The position numbers and the translations under genes were made by a program. Under the pieces are notes generated by a model. It had not been told where the DNA came from and searched no databases. It saw only the letters and a program-made list of their open reading frames with translations. From contig CM102286.1 of NCBI GenBank assembly GCA_046563655.1, forward strand, positions 4,650,001-4,714,000: 64,000 nt of DNA, given 5' to 3'. Source of the stretch: Yuukianura sp. NJ FZ-2021. Its lineage: Eukaryota. Each line of letters begins with the position of its first letter. The stretch's first letter is position 1. Positions 1 to 14,234 of the stretch are shown in pieces.

Positions 1-153
1 CTAAAGGGGAGTGGGGTAAATTTGTTTCTCCATTTTTCTTCAACGTGTATCTACGGGTGGCAACCTGTTTCTAACGTTTTAAAAATGTATGGATGGATAT
101 TGAATGGATGTGAGTTTTGGGTTTTCGCGCAGTTTCGACTTGATGTTGAAATG

Positions 154-1194
154 TCAGCCAGTTGGAGTGAGCAGTAGAGTGGCATTTCTGCATTCGTTGA
201 ATAGAACTCGGCATGACTTCCTTCGGGCTAGGACAAATCTTTCCTGTAGTAAACTATTCCCAACTCCAGCTTGATTTCTCACAGGAACAACGACGATTTT
301 TCTAGAACGATTACGATGTTGGAAATACGTATTAACATAATATACGTTTTTCTATGTATTTCATAACTAAGATTATTAATTTACAAGGGATTTACCTTGC
401 TAGTCCAAATGGTTGCTGGAAGTTGAGATTTAAGAAACGTTTCTTGGTCGCTTGAAGTCTCCGATAAAATACGCATGCGTATAACTGTACAACGCATTTG
501 ACCGGCACGATCTGAATCGTTCTGTTTGCGTTCATTTGTCTTTTGAATCTGTTCAACTTCCAGTTTCGAATTTTGTCGGAATTGAAAATGTGACGCTTAT
601 CCTGGAGTGTAGTGAAATTGAAAACTTGAGTGTCATTGTGATCATTCGGGTCGAACGTTATGGAGTGCGGAGTTTCTGTATCCAAATCGTCACTTCGCCT
701 CTGTCTCTTCTTCCCGTTTGAATCAATATCATCGAAACTTGGTAATGTCCATGGTGAAGTATCCAGTGCTCTCCGTCTCCGACCTGGCATTGTCATATTA
801 GTTGTAGGCATGCGAGTTCGAAGCAGCGACGTTTGAAGCAGATTTAGAAAGAAGAGAAATGACAGAAGGCCCAAAGCGGACACTGCGGCTGAACTTGGTC
901 CAGCGTCATACTTTTCCCTGAAATTTTGACTCAAATTAAGGTACAGTAACTTAAAATTTTTGAATTTTCAATTTACCCCCAGCCCCAACCTCCTGTTGTT
1001 CCGAAAATTCTATCGCTGAAGGACGCTTCATGCGCAACAGGAACTTTTGGTGCATAGTTGTAGTACTCCCGGGGTCTTTCGGTCGTAATTTTCGGTGGTT
1101 CGTAAAGGTGGGGCGGGTAGTAGTAGTCTTGAAACCGGTTGAGTCCATGCAATGGAGACGCCTGACTAAAATTTTGGAATCCCAGTTCCATCAT
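154..1194 (-). CDS. Gene A: uncharacterised membrane-anchored/secreted protein with furin-type sites and a DM4/DM12-like C-terminal Cys module (5' end uncertain)
   Basis: Phase-consistent exons 1194(?)-977, 917-396, 301-154 with GT/AG junctions; stop TGA at 154-156. Hydrophobic helix AAVSALGLLSFLFFLNLL; basic sites RRRR, RQRR, RFKR; CVVQLYAC...CRVLFNEC. No signal peptide at the 1194 ATG, so an upstream exon may be missing. Confidence 0.75.
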
Positions 1195-2567
1195 TTCGAA
1201 ATTTCAAATTAGACTTTTTTGAATTTCTACAGTACCGTTTTCAACGGAAATTGGAACAACACTGAGCCTGGTTGACTAAGCGTCAGCGTTTCAAATCCAG
1301 ATGAAATTGCGAACTTGTATTATAAAATTGGGGTTTCGATGATTATAAAAGGGTGGGTTCATCTTAAAAAGTTCGCATGTTGTCGTTTTGTTGTTGAAGT
1401 GTACATCTTCCGTAGTATGTGTATGTTGGCGTGATTTGGATTAAAACTGTCTAGAATTAGCAAACGGTTACAATTGTTCAGGCTCCAATTCCAACATAAT
1501 TGTTAGTGTCATACATTTGCTTTACGGTGTGGACTCAAACGGGGAAATGTCGCTCATCCTCGGTGGAATAATATTTGGAACTTGTCCAACAATCATAACA
1601 ATTTGTTAAGTTAGATTGCAATTTGCTAAAAGTTAGAGTGCAATTTGTCCACCTATTTGTCTTTGTAATTGTAACGGGTCGGTTACGCTTTAGTAGTGCT
1701 TTGGTGAGACTATTTGTTTTAATATTTGATGTAATATTTCAAGCTTCAATAGAATTTTTAGGTTTCGGTTACATGCAAAATATGACCCACTTTCCGTCTG
1801 TTGAACCTGCAAAAATTGTTTCCTGTGATAGGTTAGCGTAGAATAGCAACTCCTACATTCCAGGTAACTTTCCCTTTGAACAAATTGTTCCGGGCCTTTG
1901 TATAATACGTGATCTGATCATGCCAATCAGATCTAATTTTAGAAACATAACTTAACAGTATATTTTATTTTAACATTCAAAACCATAAGGCTTCACTACT
2001 GACTTTTGACGTATCCCGGGTTCTGAACCTAGGGTTTTTTCAGTTTTTGTGTTTTAAATTTTTTCATGTCTTTGTTCCGCTTGAATATCCAACATTTAAT
2101 ATGTAAAAGTTGAAAATCAAGATAATTTCAAGATAACTCCTTCCATTTCTCGGCGTTCAAACTGTAAATTGGAAATCATCGTAAATTGGAAGTGTTGGCT
2201 ACAAAGGGCATAAGATGTTTTAAATTTCTTTATCTTCAGTTGAAAATGGCGTGGTGTGGCTAAAGTTAATAAATTAATTAATTAAATTAATTAAACAAAT
2301 TAATAAATTTTGCTTTGTACAGAATCTTTCCAATTTGTCAAAATTTCAGAAACCGTCTGAAACATGTTTTTTAATGCTTGTGTAGTAAAAAATAATTTAT
2401 GGCGAAGTACATTTAAAATAAAATAAACATTATAAAATAAATACAAATCCGCTAGCCTAACAACATAATTTTTAACGATACAAAGCAAAATGTACTGCTT
2501 TTGTCGAGAGGAAACATTTGACAATCCAAACCAACGGCGATGCCTTAATAAATCTTCAACATTTCAT

Positions 2568-5229
2568 TCAAAGAACTTCGTTGCAGCTACTGTAGGCCAA
2601 ATTGCAATCTTGGAGTGATCTTCCCTTTCGGGCAGCTGCCATGTACAGTTTAGTGTTGTCCTTTACGCCTCCTTGCGTGTAGTGCATCAGATTTGCGGTC
2701 ATGTATCTAAAAAAGAATCAAAATGAAAAGTATTATTAAAAAACAGGTAACTTACTTCAAGCATTTCAAATTGAATTCAGAATTGGAATGAGCCCAAAAT
2801 GTACAAAACTTAAACTTGGGAAAAAGCAAAACCAAATCAAATCGCTTTTGTGCGACTTTAAAATCGATTCATGTTTGTCAACTTAAAACGTTGCACAGGA
2901 GATGCTCTGGTTTCGTTGTCTAAATTTTTAAATAAATTGAGAGCATGACTAAAGCGACTAAACTTGTACATTCCCTTTCACCTAAATGCTAAAAACCACG
3001 AGATTTGACTTTATAATTTCCAACTAAACTTTTCAAGCGTTTGTTTCTTTTCTTGTCTATTTTGGCAGAAAAATTCAAAACAAGTGAACCCGTTTGTGGT
3101 TAAGAACGTTTGACTTTTGCAAACTTTGAAAAGTTTTTTGTTTTCTGTTGTTTCTTTTTTTTTTAGTAGAGATTTTTCTTAGATTTTTTGAAAATGTGTT
3201 TGACGTGTACGGAAATACGTTGTAAATTATGTCAAGTGTGTCACTTTTAATTTGTAGGGATATGACTTGTAGTTGAAGTTAACTGTAATGCCCTGTCATT
3301 CCTGAAGAAGTGGGCCTAACACTAACTACATGGTATGCGGTGTATTATTAGCTGATGAACGGCCTTATCCATTTGTTTATAGTATGTGAATAGATCCTGA
3401 ATCCTCATCATTGTTTAGACTTGGCTCTTAAAATGAATCCCGTTAATCCCAGCCTCTCTTTAGTTCGTTAAGATGACGGGAGGTTCAAAAGACTTAAATT
3501 TTGAACCTCTTTGTGATTTTCGATGCATAAAAACGAAGTCAGTGTGGCACTTAGGGTTGACGTGCTAACTAAGTTACGGTAACTTTGAACACTCAGAATA
3601 CGGATCTTCCCCTGACCCGTAAAATTTATAAATAACAAGTCCGAACAATGTGACAATTGAAATTTGAAATCTGGTGCTTACGCTGACAAGTGACAAATGC
3701 CGTATGCATTGGCTGCTCCAACATCCTGAACACATTCGCGTGCAGCTTCACAAATCCTCTTTTCCTTGCAACTGTCAACGGTCGTGTTGAATGATTTGGC
3801 ATAAGCCTGTAATTTAAAAATTGGAAAATAGATCTTAATTAATCAAAGGCAACAAATTGAGTTTTAAAATTACTTTGTACACTTTTGCTGTGTCATTGAT
3901 TGACTAACCTTTCCCATGTCAATGGCTGCCAGAGAGAGTTCAGTGAACTTGTCCTTTTCACCCAATGAACGAGCACGAAGAGCTCGTTGACTGAAGGACT
4001 GCTTGAGGGCGTTCATGAGTGCAATCGTTAAGTTAATCAACTAGAAACGGAAAAACAGTAAAATAAATTCATTTGGCTACACAATGACGCTAACGATTTA
4101 ATATTTAGCGGCAAATCGCAGTGTGGAAACTTACTTCGCCTGTTTGTTTTGCCATAGCGTCGGCTCCTCCAGTCTCTTCTCCGCTTACTAAAGCTCCCAA
4201 AAGTGTTTTGAAAAGACCCTAAACGATACAATTCGTCAAAATTTGTCTTCAAACAAACACTTTTGACAAAACATAGCCTAGTATTGTGTGAAATTTTGAA
4301 AATTTCGTACCTGTGCTGGAGATGGTCCGCCCTCGACGCCAATTTTGTCAATACCGTCATGATCAATACTGTTGGCGTTGGAGTTGGTACCTCCGAGAGC
4401 AGCAAAAATTAACTTCAGTCCGTATCCAATGACTTGACCCCAAGAGAATCCTTGGCCCTACAAAAAATAGCGGGAAATTTTGAAATGACTTTAATTTGAA
4501 ATTGACATGCATCCCGGGGATTCTGGGACATTTCAAGCACAGAGCTAATCGAATTGTTAGAAATTACCGGAGATGAGTCCATTTTGTCTGACGCAGGCGT
4601 GAGGCCATTGGACACCATTTCGTTTGGAATGCCAAAGAACATGCGCAGCAGTTGCATGAGTGATGTTGACAGGAATGACAGGGGAGAGCCATTGGTGGGT
4701 CCATTTGGACCAGCATTCTCTGCCATCGAACCAATGTCCGATCCGGATGCTTTGTTCTGCTGCAAAAGAAGGACATAATGCTAAATGTAGGTCATGAACC
4801 TTTACGGAACTTAGAAGTAACAGAGGGAAACTTTAAATATTTTTATTTTTGTTTTTCTGCTCAATTTTCCTTTTCCTTTAAGAATCTGGCCCCAATTGGT
4901 TTGTTGGGAGGCTCAAGTGGGTCATCTGTAGGAATGTGGCTTAAGAAGATGTTTTTCCCCTTGGTTTAGTGTAGGAAGGAGACAATTGACAATGGTCCGA
5001 AAAACTTTCTTACCATTAACATAGTGGTAGGCTCAATTGGTGCATGGGGTTGTTGCTGTTGATGCTCAATTGTTGAAGACATTATTTGCTTGTGATACAC
5101 TTTCTTGGGAATGTTCGACTTCACAAGGTATTTTCGCCCTGCTTCTGCCGGTGGGGCAGAAAATGCTGACAAAATGGCTCCGGAACTAATCAGAGCCAGG
5201 AATAGATACGACTTTACGACTTTCCCCAT
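2568..5229 (-). CDS. Gene B: secreted uncharacterised protein (~344 aa) with a DM4/DM12-like C-terminus
   Basis: Seven exons 5229-5014, 4759-4568, 4457-4311, 4218-4135, 4040-3909, 3806-3682, 2706-2568, all GT/AG and in frame. Signal peptide MGKVVKSYLFLALISSGAILSAFSA; amphipathic blocks GFSWGQVIGYGLKLIFAALGG and LMNALKQSFSQRALRARSLG; CKEKRIC...KGRSLQDCNLAYSSCNEVL*. Confidence 0.88.
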
Positions 5230-7970
5230 TTTCACTCTTCACAATTTTCTGTAAAACAAAAAAAAAAGATCAAAAAAATTTTTTTGGGGCGCTGAGCGTT
5301 TTGATATTTAGGTATTATGTATGGAACCCCAACATTGTGAATTTTTTTCAGTCTGGATCAGCAGCATTAAACTTCATGCTAAGATGGCTAACGCCTAAAT
5401 GCTAAATGTTAATCGACTGAACTAAACCTAATGCTCTAAAAATACGATTTTTTGAAAAACTCTAACATTTACTATCGTGTTAACTTTATCTGAAATCAGC
5501 TAAGATGCTTTTTATTTTTAGTTGGCAAGAAATTTATTCGTCGAAAATAATTAGTTGGACAGCGTCAAAAACATAAAAGTTTGTCAGATATAGTCACATA
5601 CTGTACATGACACCTTCTTTTCTCACAATTGACTTTGACACATTGCACTAATCTGCACTTTCCATCCCATTGTTCTCACCATCAACTTTCCAATCTCAAC
5701 AAACTTTTTGTTGTGCCTTCCCTATAATTAATGAAAATCAAAAATAATGGTTGAGTATTAAGACTTTTCAGTTTTGAAAAGCTACAAATCACAATACGAT
5801 TGTTGAACATTAAAGACAACATTGAGACAAACGACCAAAAACGTAAAAGTTTCTATTAATTTGGGACTGCGGTAAGCAGTAACGGAATCTGACCAAGGCA
5901 TTGTCTCTTGCGGCTGCGCAGGCTAATTTCATGTTTTTCATTTGATTTCGAACGAGTTTTCTCCTGCTAATGTCCGTAATTTCAAGATCTCCAATTACAA
6001 CTTTAATTTTTAACGACTCGAATTGAAGTCAATTACAAATTTGAAATTTCAAATTTCGCCTTAATGAGAATTGCTAAACTTTTCCTTTGACAATGATAAT
6101 TGTTAAACTTTTCTTTTGATATTGTTACAGTACAGTTAGTTAACATGGATGATGAATTAAGCTTAACAAGCGACACACCCCTAACCTAACCCAAAGATAG
6201 CTTAAATTCATACAAGCGATGAAAACCTGTCACCACTTTTAGTAATGCCGTTATCTCATGACAATTTAAAAAAAATTGTAATGCAGGAAGTAAATTATGT
6301 TATTAGTTCACTATACAATTAAATTAGAAAACAATTTAAAATTTTTTGAGTCCTGTATTTCAACTGGGACAAACATTTAAGTTACGCCTGTTTGAAGTTT
6401 CATATTAGTCATTGTCCAATTTGTTTATGGTCGTGGATTTTCACTAATTACGGACATAAGCGGTGAAAAATTTTGTTTTTGACTGAGTCACGACGATTTA
6501 ATGTGTCATTGTGCTTGTGCGCACTTGGAACACCGCGCATGCCCTATAATTACTTTGTGGCCAAAAAGACTTTCTTATATGCTAAAAACCTCTTTACCAT
6601 TTTTTGCATTTGTCCTAGTTTGTTATAAAGACAGTTTCACCAACAAATGAAAGTTTTCGTGTAAAACTTTTAGATGGTTTAAACACGCATGCGCTGTACA
6701 CGTCTTCTCCCAAAAGATGAAATTTTCACACCTTTTTCTCTGGTTTGAAGATGAAGGCACAATCGGCTGGATGACATGCTCCACTTTGTTGTATTTTGAG
6801 TGTTAAAATACTGTTTTTGGGGTGTAACAAGGCTATACAAGGTCAACGAATCTTCCAAATTTGTTTTTCAAAAGTTCATATAAAAGTTTAATACCATTTT
6901 AACACCTACGGAAGATGTTGCTACGTTCGGGGTCAACATTTGACGTAGCATAACTGGTTTAACGGTTCCCAACATACTGTTCTTTGTCTTGCATCGATTC
7001 CCTCCTGTCTTACATCCTCATCCTTAAGTATCGTAAACAATGAATGCTCATAATATTCCCTCATAGTTACTCCCTCCACAAGGCCTACGTGTGTCAAAGA
7101 TTAACAATTTGGCATTTTGTTCCGTTTAGCTCCTGTTCTGCCTCTCCTCACGCTTCAACCTGTCATCGTAAATTGAACAATTTTTGGGCTCTAAACGAGC
7201 CGAGAACTGAAAAACGCTTTTCTCCTTCTTTTTGCAATAGTTTTTAAAACAAGTTTCAAAGCACGCGTGAGCTGTAGCACACACTTGTCTAAAATTTGAG
7301 TGATTTGTATATTTAGATTCATGAGAAAATTTGTTCAACTTCTTGGGGAAAGTGTCTTACTATAAACTGTGAAAAACCAAAATAGTTTTTTGTTGCTTCC
7401 GCTTCTCTTTACATATTTGAAAGCATTGAAAGCAAAAGGTGTCGATGAATGAGAAAATTTTGAATATTTCGGAGAAGCTGTTTAATTTTAAAAAGTGGAG
7501 GAACATGAAGTTTAAGAGGGACTGAATCCAAAAAACAAATTGTAACTCATAAAGTTAATGTGACGGGAACCAGAAGAGGGTAGCATAAGTAGCTTAAACT
7601 GAAGTTTGTTTATAACTTTCCGAGAAACCGTGATTTGATTGTTGAAGATCTTGAAACATTTATTTGAACAAATCTTTTCCGGAAGGAGAAGTACTTAAAC
7701 GGTTAAACGTTTTGTAAACAAGCTTCTTCTTAAGAACTGAAACCAAATTTTACACGGAAACCTCAAAACTTGCAAGGTTTCAAACACGTTTCTTAAAAAC
7801 GCAATTTTTCTTAAACAAAATATATAAGGCGTTGCATTTTCCTCATAACTGTCGTGATTTCGAAGCCTACCGAATGCAAAACTTTAGACCTGCTTTCTGA
7901 AAATATGGCATGAGATTCTTTTTTGTTAACTTTTTTAAAAATGAGACCGTAAACCCAAGGCAGTGAAACC

Positions 7971-9226
7971 TAAGCACCTTAGTACCTAGCCTAAATTGAC
8001 ATTAATTTTCTAAAATTTTTACAAACAAAAAAGTTAACTGGTACGTTCGTTTGCTTACCTTTATGCTTGATTGGAGACGATTGATCTTGAACTGGTTCCG
8101 AGCTGTGGTGAGGGTGGATTTGAATTGAAGAGCAGAGGATGAAGATGAGGTTGTTCACCGCAAGGGCGTAAGTCGTTTGACAATGGTTGCCTCTTTGTTT
8201 CCTCGTAGCGACTGCCAAGAATTTTGTTGAAGAATTTCCACCAAGTAAATAACCGGCTAACGTCCCTTGTCGCCCATGAACTTCTCAACAATCCAAGGAA
8301 AGGCTCTCTAGGTTTCTTATATAGAAGTTGGCCCACATTGGATCGACAACATAAGGGATCTACCAGGACTTGGACGAAATCCGTGTTTCTACCCCCTCTT
8401 TCTGCAGAATTCGATTCCAATTCAGTTTCATCAATTTAGAAATGCCATTTTACCCCTACCACCTAAGTGTCCACAAGGGATTGTGCACAAAAGAATTTTT
8501 GAAATGCTCTTCGTAGGGAGTATCACATCGTTCACAAAGATGTTGTATGTTTCATATAGACAAGGAAGAATGTTTGGTACAATTTGGAAGTGCACAACAA
8601 GTAAAACTGATTGTAACTTTATAACTGCATTTCCCACCCTCAAGCTTTGTGTTCGTCACTCTCTCATTTTAATAATGTAAACTGTTCATCTATTAAAACT
8701 TTGCCATGTTACTACAACACTGACAAATTCCAACAAACTCCAGAACATACCAGTATTAATGACGGCGTCTGGCACACTTCCCACCTTCCCCACGTTAGTT
8801 CCTCTTGTAAAGAAGGATTAAAAAATAAAGTGAAATGTAAAATTGTGGGAATTGTGTTGTTTCCGGATTGTTGCAAACCAGGAATCAACATTTTAATTCG
8901 CTGACGTTAACCCTTTCACTTTTATTTGTTCCGTTTGAGACAATCCTGCACAACTGCAAACATTTTGTTGAGTGTTTCAGTTCTCACGGAGCATTTCCGG
9001 AACTTGTAGTCAAGGTCAGCGAAAGTGGCCTCAATGCATACTTCTCCGGATATGGGAGTAACCATGTCATTCTCCGAAACTTTCACTTCTCAAAACATGA
9101 CACAACTCTTGAATTGTTGGGTTGCACTTCCAACTAATGGATAATCATTATTTGTTAAACGTTTTTTTTAATTCAAGTTCTATTTGGTGAAGCTTTGTTA
9201 AATCGGTTGGAGGCCCAAGGTGCTTA
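7971..9226. mobile_element. Possible degraded DNA-transposon-like insertion
   Basis: 10-bp inverted repeat TAAGCACCTT (7971-7980) / AAGGTGCTTA (9217-9226) brackets a block with stop-interrupted coding-like minus-strand frames. No transposase motif recognised. Confidence 0.25.
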
Positions 9227-9228
9227 AC

Positions 9229-9346
9229 GTTCAATTGGAAAAAAATACGGTATTAAATTTTTGAAATGTTCAATTGGAAAAAATACGGTATTAAATTTTT
9301 GAAATGTTGAATTGGAAAAAATACGGTATTAAATTTTTGAAATGTT
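9229..9346. repeat. Tandem repeat, ~38-bp unit x3
   Basis: GTTCAATTGGAAAAAATACGGTATTAAATTTTTGAAAT starts at 9229, 9268 and 9306, with one indel and one substitution among copies. Confidence 0.95.
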
Positions 9347-9765
9347 ATGGTCATTTCAAACAAGTTTTTTAAATGTACTACAGTGTCAGTTTTCTAAACA
9401 TGAAGACAACTTGACACAATTCACTTCTTGCTAATTTGCAATTGAAAGTAATGTTGAAATTACATTGTGTACAATTATTGGTAACACAATTAAACACAAT
9501 TTTTTTTTTCAAATTATAGATACAATTTTTAACATGAATTTACCTAACAACCTTCTTACCTAGAATTCACTACTAATATTACTATAACCAACCACCGAAA
9601 CAAAGTGGGGATTAATTAGGACTATATAAGACATAATATGTACTAATTATAAATACTGGGTGGGTAACTTTGAAATTGCGAATACAATTCTGGTTATGCG
9701 CTTTGGCTAGAACTCATTTTCATAAAATTAGAAACGTGGAATTTGATTTTGAAAGTTGCTGTTTT

Positions 9766-10933
9766 TTACATCACATTTTTTTGAGAAAACTTGAGTAACT
9801 TACAATTTGGGAAACGACTTTCACAAGTATCTCCGTAGGACACAAATTTCTTCTTGTCAGGAAATACTTGGAGTAGGTTATCCCAAATGTTGAGTCCAAT
9901 GAGACTGCGCGGATCGTATTCTCCAGTGCCATTGTCTTTGGCGTTGTTCATCTGATCTGTCAAAGTCTGTTGAAATCCCCATATGAATGGAGACACTTTG
10001 CAAATGAGGAGCTGGATACAGGCAGTGTGATTTCCAGTTTTGCTTTGAAGTGTAGAAATGATGCTGTCGGGTAGTGCCGAATCACGAGCATCCGACAGTA
10101 GCTGGTCCACCTTTTAAAAAATTCATCTACAACTCTAACAATACGCTTTAAAAAAATTCTGAAAATTCAAAATTGTGGTTTCAGTTTCTACCTTCTCATT
10201 CCTTCCTTTTATAAACCATTCCATAAGATTTTCTTTGATCATCCGCGTATCCGCTGCGGCATTTGCTTCTTTCCCGAGCATATTGGAGGTGATCTTTTTG
10301 GCAAAAAATGTCTAGATTATTTTACGAATTAACTGTTTATTTAAAAAAATATAACACTAACCATTTCTGCAATAAAAATCAGAACGTTCAATACCACCAT
10401 TCCTAGGTTACTGGAATCCACACCCATGAAACGGAAAATTCCACCTAATACGCCGTCTCGAGGAATCTGTTCCATTTTTTAAAAAATTTTCTCTATATGT
10501 ATACTCTGTCTATATAAAATTATTTTTTTTATTAATTACTTGGAGAAAATCGTCCCGAAACATTTTAGACAAAGCTGCTTGCTCTATATTGGATTCACGC
10601 TGGGCAATTTCTGCGTCTGCAGCTTCTTTGAGTTTGCGCGCCGCTTCTGCATTCTGTCGAAACATTTTGACACCATTGTTCAACAAACGACGAGCTCCCT
10701 TTACGAGTCCTGCAAATTCATACGGAACATGCTCAGTCAGTTCAAACATAATTTTTCAACAAAATTTAAAAAATAAATCATGCATAATGCTATTTACCGA
10801 TTGGATTGAGAGCTGAACGAAACATTGAGCGTTGCGCAGAAGTATCATTTTGGTTTCCATCGGAGTTTGCGTGAACTGTACCGCAAAATACCACGAGGAA
10901 GAATAGAAAAACGATACATAAACGCCCGGACAT
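9766..10933 (-). CDS. Gene C: secreted uncharacterised protein with a DM4/DM12-like C-terminus
   Basis: Exons 10933-10798, 10709-10540, 10466-10362, 10293-10192, 10110-9766 in frame. Signal peptide MSGRLCIVFLFFLVVFCGTVHA; hydrophobic block GGIFRFMGVDSSNLGMVVLNVLIFIAEMI; CIQLLICKVSPFIWGFQ...YGDTCESRFPNC. Confidence 0.88.
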
Positions 10934-11831
10934 TTTTCAAAATCGGAAATAGTTGTTGGTACACTGAAAGTAATTGAGTTAACTTTTCGAAAATCTTGAT
11001 CACACGATGATGATTGGACCGCGGCTGAATCTAGTATGGATCCCACCGTCGTTCGAATCTTCTAGGCCGTTGGACCTCTCTTCCACGGAGCATTCCCTTA
11101 CGGTATCTTCCGGTTGTCATCAAACAGTTGTTGTCATCCGCAGTGTTCCCTATCATCATCGTCACACATCCTTAAATCTTAGAAGATCTTCTCATGGGCT
11201 TAAATCCCGAAAAGTCACAATGGACCGTAAAAGAGTAATGCCAAGGTTCATTATCCTACCATTTGTCTACACAAGACATCTCATCTTTTTGTTCAACAAT
11301 TACTACAATTACCCAAATCCCTCAACTTTAGTGGGATTTGCATCATGAAATCTGGGAATCACGAAAGTTATTTGCAGTAAGAACGGATTTCAACTCCACA
11401 GTGACGGTAACATGTTCAGTGTTGCTCATCTTCCAAAAACAATTAGCCTCAATTGAAATCACTGTATTCAAAGCTTATTTTCAATTATGCAACTACATGG
11501 TTCATGATCACCTTCGGTGTACTTCTGCTCATGCAAAGTCATTCTAAACATAGTTCCAAAGTCACAACAATGTAAAGTGTGGCAGTTGGGCAGATCGGCG
11601 TTTGTAATACATTTTTAATGCTGATGTCACTGCATCTGAATTTGCAGTTTCTTTGAAGCCGTTCCGGCTCGGACTCGGGTGTTAGGTAACTAGGTTTTGA
11701 GTGCGGACTTTTAATACGCACGCGCAAATTTCAGCATTGTTCAGCTTCAGTTTTGCTATCGATGCTTTATTTCAACTTAACTATTGGTTTTAACTTAAAT
11801 TTACATTTTAACTATTAATTTTAACTTTACT

Positions 11832-13781
11832 TTAAATTTTTAGTTTTTCAGAATTTGCTGAGTTTGAATACAAAGAAGTCTCGACTTTGTGTAACGCTTG
11901 TTTTACATTTAAGTCTAACCTATCAATTTCTTTTTCATCAAACAGTAGAACTCCGTTATTCAGTGACCTTCCAAACAAAAGTCCAATTGGATTGGTTATA
12001 GTCGTATTCCCCACTCCGGGTAACATCGGAAACATCAGGCTTGGCAGGATCGCCTGAAAACCGAGGGCGCCCAAGAAGGCGACAAAAGCCAAAATTGCCA
12101 TAATTACTATTGACACTTCAAAGATTTTCCTAGCCAGATTATGATGATGATCATGATGATGCGAAGGCTGCTCTTGATGATAATGATACGAATGTTGTGA
12201 TGATGATGATGAATGTTTAGGTTTATGTGAATGCGATCCAAAGGGTAAGTGCTGAAGGAACTTACTGAAGAATGACCACAAATGCTGCAAGTGATGATGA
12301 TGACCTTGTTGATGTTGCTGGTGGGCATGCGAATCTTCATGTGGCTGGATGTAATAGTCAGATTCATATGGCGATGGTGACCATGACTCCGAATTGGAAT
12401 GACCTGGGTAAGACTCTTCTTGGTGACTTGAATGTGAGGAATGCTTTTGATTGGATGGAAATCTTGAATCATAGTAAGCATGGTGGTGACCGGACTGAGA
12501 ACTCTGTGGATCATGCTGTGATTGAAAGTTATGGTATCTTATGGGATCCGTTTGAATTCTGCCATTTTGAGAAGTTGGCGGCCTCTTTTGCTGCTGATTG
12601 TAATTTGAAGACTGTTGTTGCTTTTGCATGAGTTCGCTTTTTTCGGCTAGTGAAATGGCGTCGTAGATGGCCTCCACGGGAACAATGGGGGCTAAATCCT
12701 CAATGTCAGACGGGCCCCCCTCAATTGTCCATGAGTACTCCCCAAAGGAACCATGCGTAACAGGACGGGGAGAACGTGTGGTTGGCGGTTTCCGTGGTGA
12801 CCATCCAGTGTGCATGCGCTCGTCCGTGTTCGGCTGCATTTTGTCCTGACCGTCATTTGAAAACGGATTCGCCGAAAGCAAATTTTTAAGACTTGGAAAC
12901 AGCCGTTGTTGTATTGTCGTAGAATCACCTCCGGATTTCGTTGCGTTGAAAGAAGGTTTAACCAAAGATGAATTTGAGTTTGGCATAGAAGAATGCGAGT
13001 TTCTGTGTGCTCGATACGGATTCTAAAAAAAAACGCTTGTTTTTATTCTGCTTTAAAAAAGTCTTAAACAAAGCATTCTAAGTGTACTTGCTGGGGCTTC
13101 GCCCTGGCAGGGCCCGTCCAATGACCTTAATTTTAAGCCTAACATAACGACTTTTTTCCAAAAAGTAATACGCTAGAAAATTTGAAGGTGTAATGCTTTT
13201 ACAGAAAAATAAAATTTTGGAAACTTTTAGTTTCTCAAAATTGAGGAAGTTACATTCTAAAGAGTTTTAGCCAAAAACCATGACTTAATGTGAAAAACAT
13301 TTATCAAACAAATCAGCTATAAATTATGCAATTCCGAAATTAACTGTCACCAACACCGTCACATTAGTATATAAATGGAGTTGTAATTTCTAATTCAAAG
13401 TTCAATTACAAATATTTTCCTGCCAGTATTCTACTTGATAGAAAATTTTGCCGAAATTTCTCAGTTCAAATTTCATAACTGTTTTAAAACGGCTAAAAAG
13501 TTGTTAGAATTTACCTGTTCAGAATTTTTTAGATGAACTTTCTGGATTGAGCCCATAGTATCCGCTACATATTCCCAACTGCCCTGCTCGTCGCCTGGTT
13601 CTGGATCTTGATGATTTATTTGCTCATCTTCATGTTCTCGAAAACCAGTTACAATTCTAGAAGAAACGGAACTATCCTGGTCTAAATCCAAAGGATGTTC
13701 AAGTAGCCTCAACATTCTCCTAGTACTACTTACAATCACCAGAAAATTAACAAATACGAGTTGTATAACCACGGGGCTCAT
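11832..13781 (-). CDS. Gene D: His/Ser/Gln-rich protein with signal peptide and C-terminal transmembrane helix (~485 aa)
   Basis: Exons 13781-13515 and 13022-11832 joined in phase 0. Signal MSPVVIQLVFVNFLVIVSS; His tracts (GHHHHLQH, SHHHDHHH); TM IFEVSIVIMAILAFVAFLGALGF; FGRS near the end; no Cys module. Confidence 0.85.
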
Positions 13782-14221
13782 TGTGGCACGTTTGCTGTCA
13801 CTTGAAGAATGCTGGTCAAAATTAGATTTAGAGATCACCAGAACAAACTGACACGAGCTATGACATATTGACATCAAAAACCTTTGACAAGAACATTTTG
13901 ACGCATGCATCACGAACAAAACAAATGCCAGAAGATGCTTCTTCTGTATCATCGCAACCAGAGCATGAAATTTGCATTTTACTTTTAACTAATTACACAT
14001 GTGAGGATATGGGGGCAGTGACAGTAAACTTTTCTAAAAGTTAAATTTTTAACCAAAATGCAGTTTTGTAACTTCAAGGATTAAAATTTTGAAAAATTCT
14101 TGGAAATCGCATTAATTCATGTAATTATGGGTTAATTCCATTTCGTATCTGATCTTCCACTGCTAAGGCGTTATTGGATGAGGGATGCGATGGAACTGTG
14201 TGATAGGACCGTGTTAGCAAG

Positions 14222-14234
14222 TGACCTTTGACCT
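14222..14234 (-). promoter_or_regulatory. Perfect DR1 nuclear-receptor element (AGGTCA-n-AGGTCA)
   Basis: TGACCT-T-TGACCT on the + strand, about 440 bp upstream of the gene D ATG. Function is inferred. Confidence 0.45.

Noticed and set aside
9229..9346. CRISPR-like array
   Set aside because: The repeats are head-to-tail with no unique spacers, in a eukaryotic context with no cas genes.
9529..9549. 21-bp near-identical motif TTAACATGAATTTRCCTAACA, also at 22499-22519, both downstream of minus-strand genes
   Set aside because: One such match in 64 kb of AT-rich DNA is near chance expectation and I saw no third copy.
12107..12928. Overlapping ORFs on both strands within gene D (similar ones overlap Syt14 at 29414-29860 and gene F at 52205-52812)
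   Set aside because: They are alternative-frame or antisense shadows of low-complexity coding exons, with no independent gene structure.
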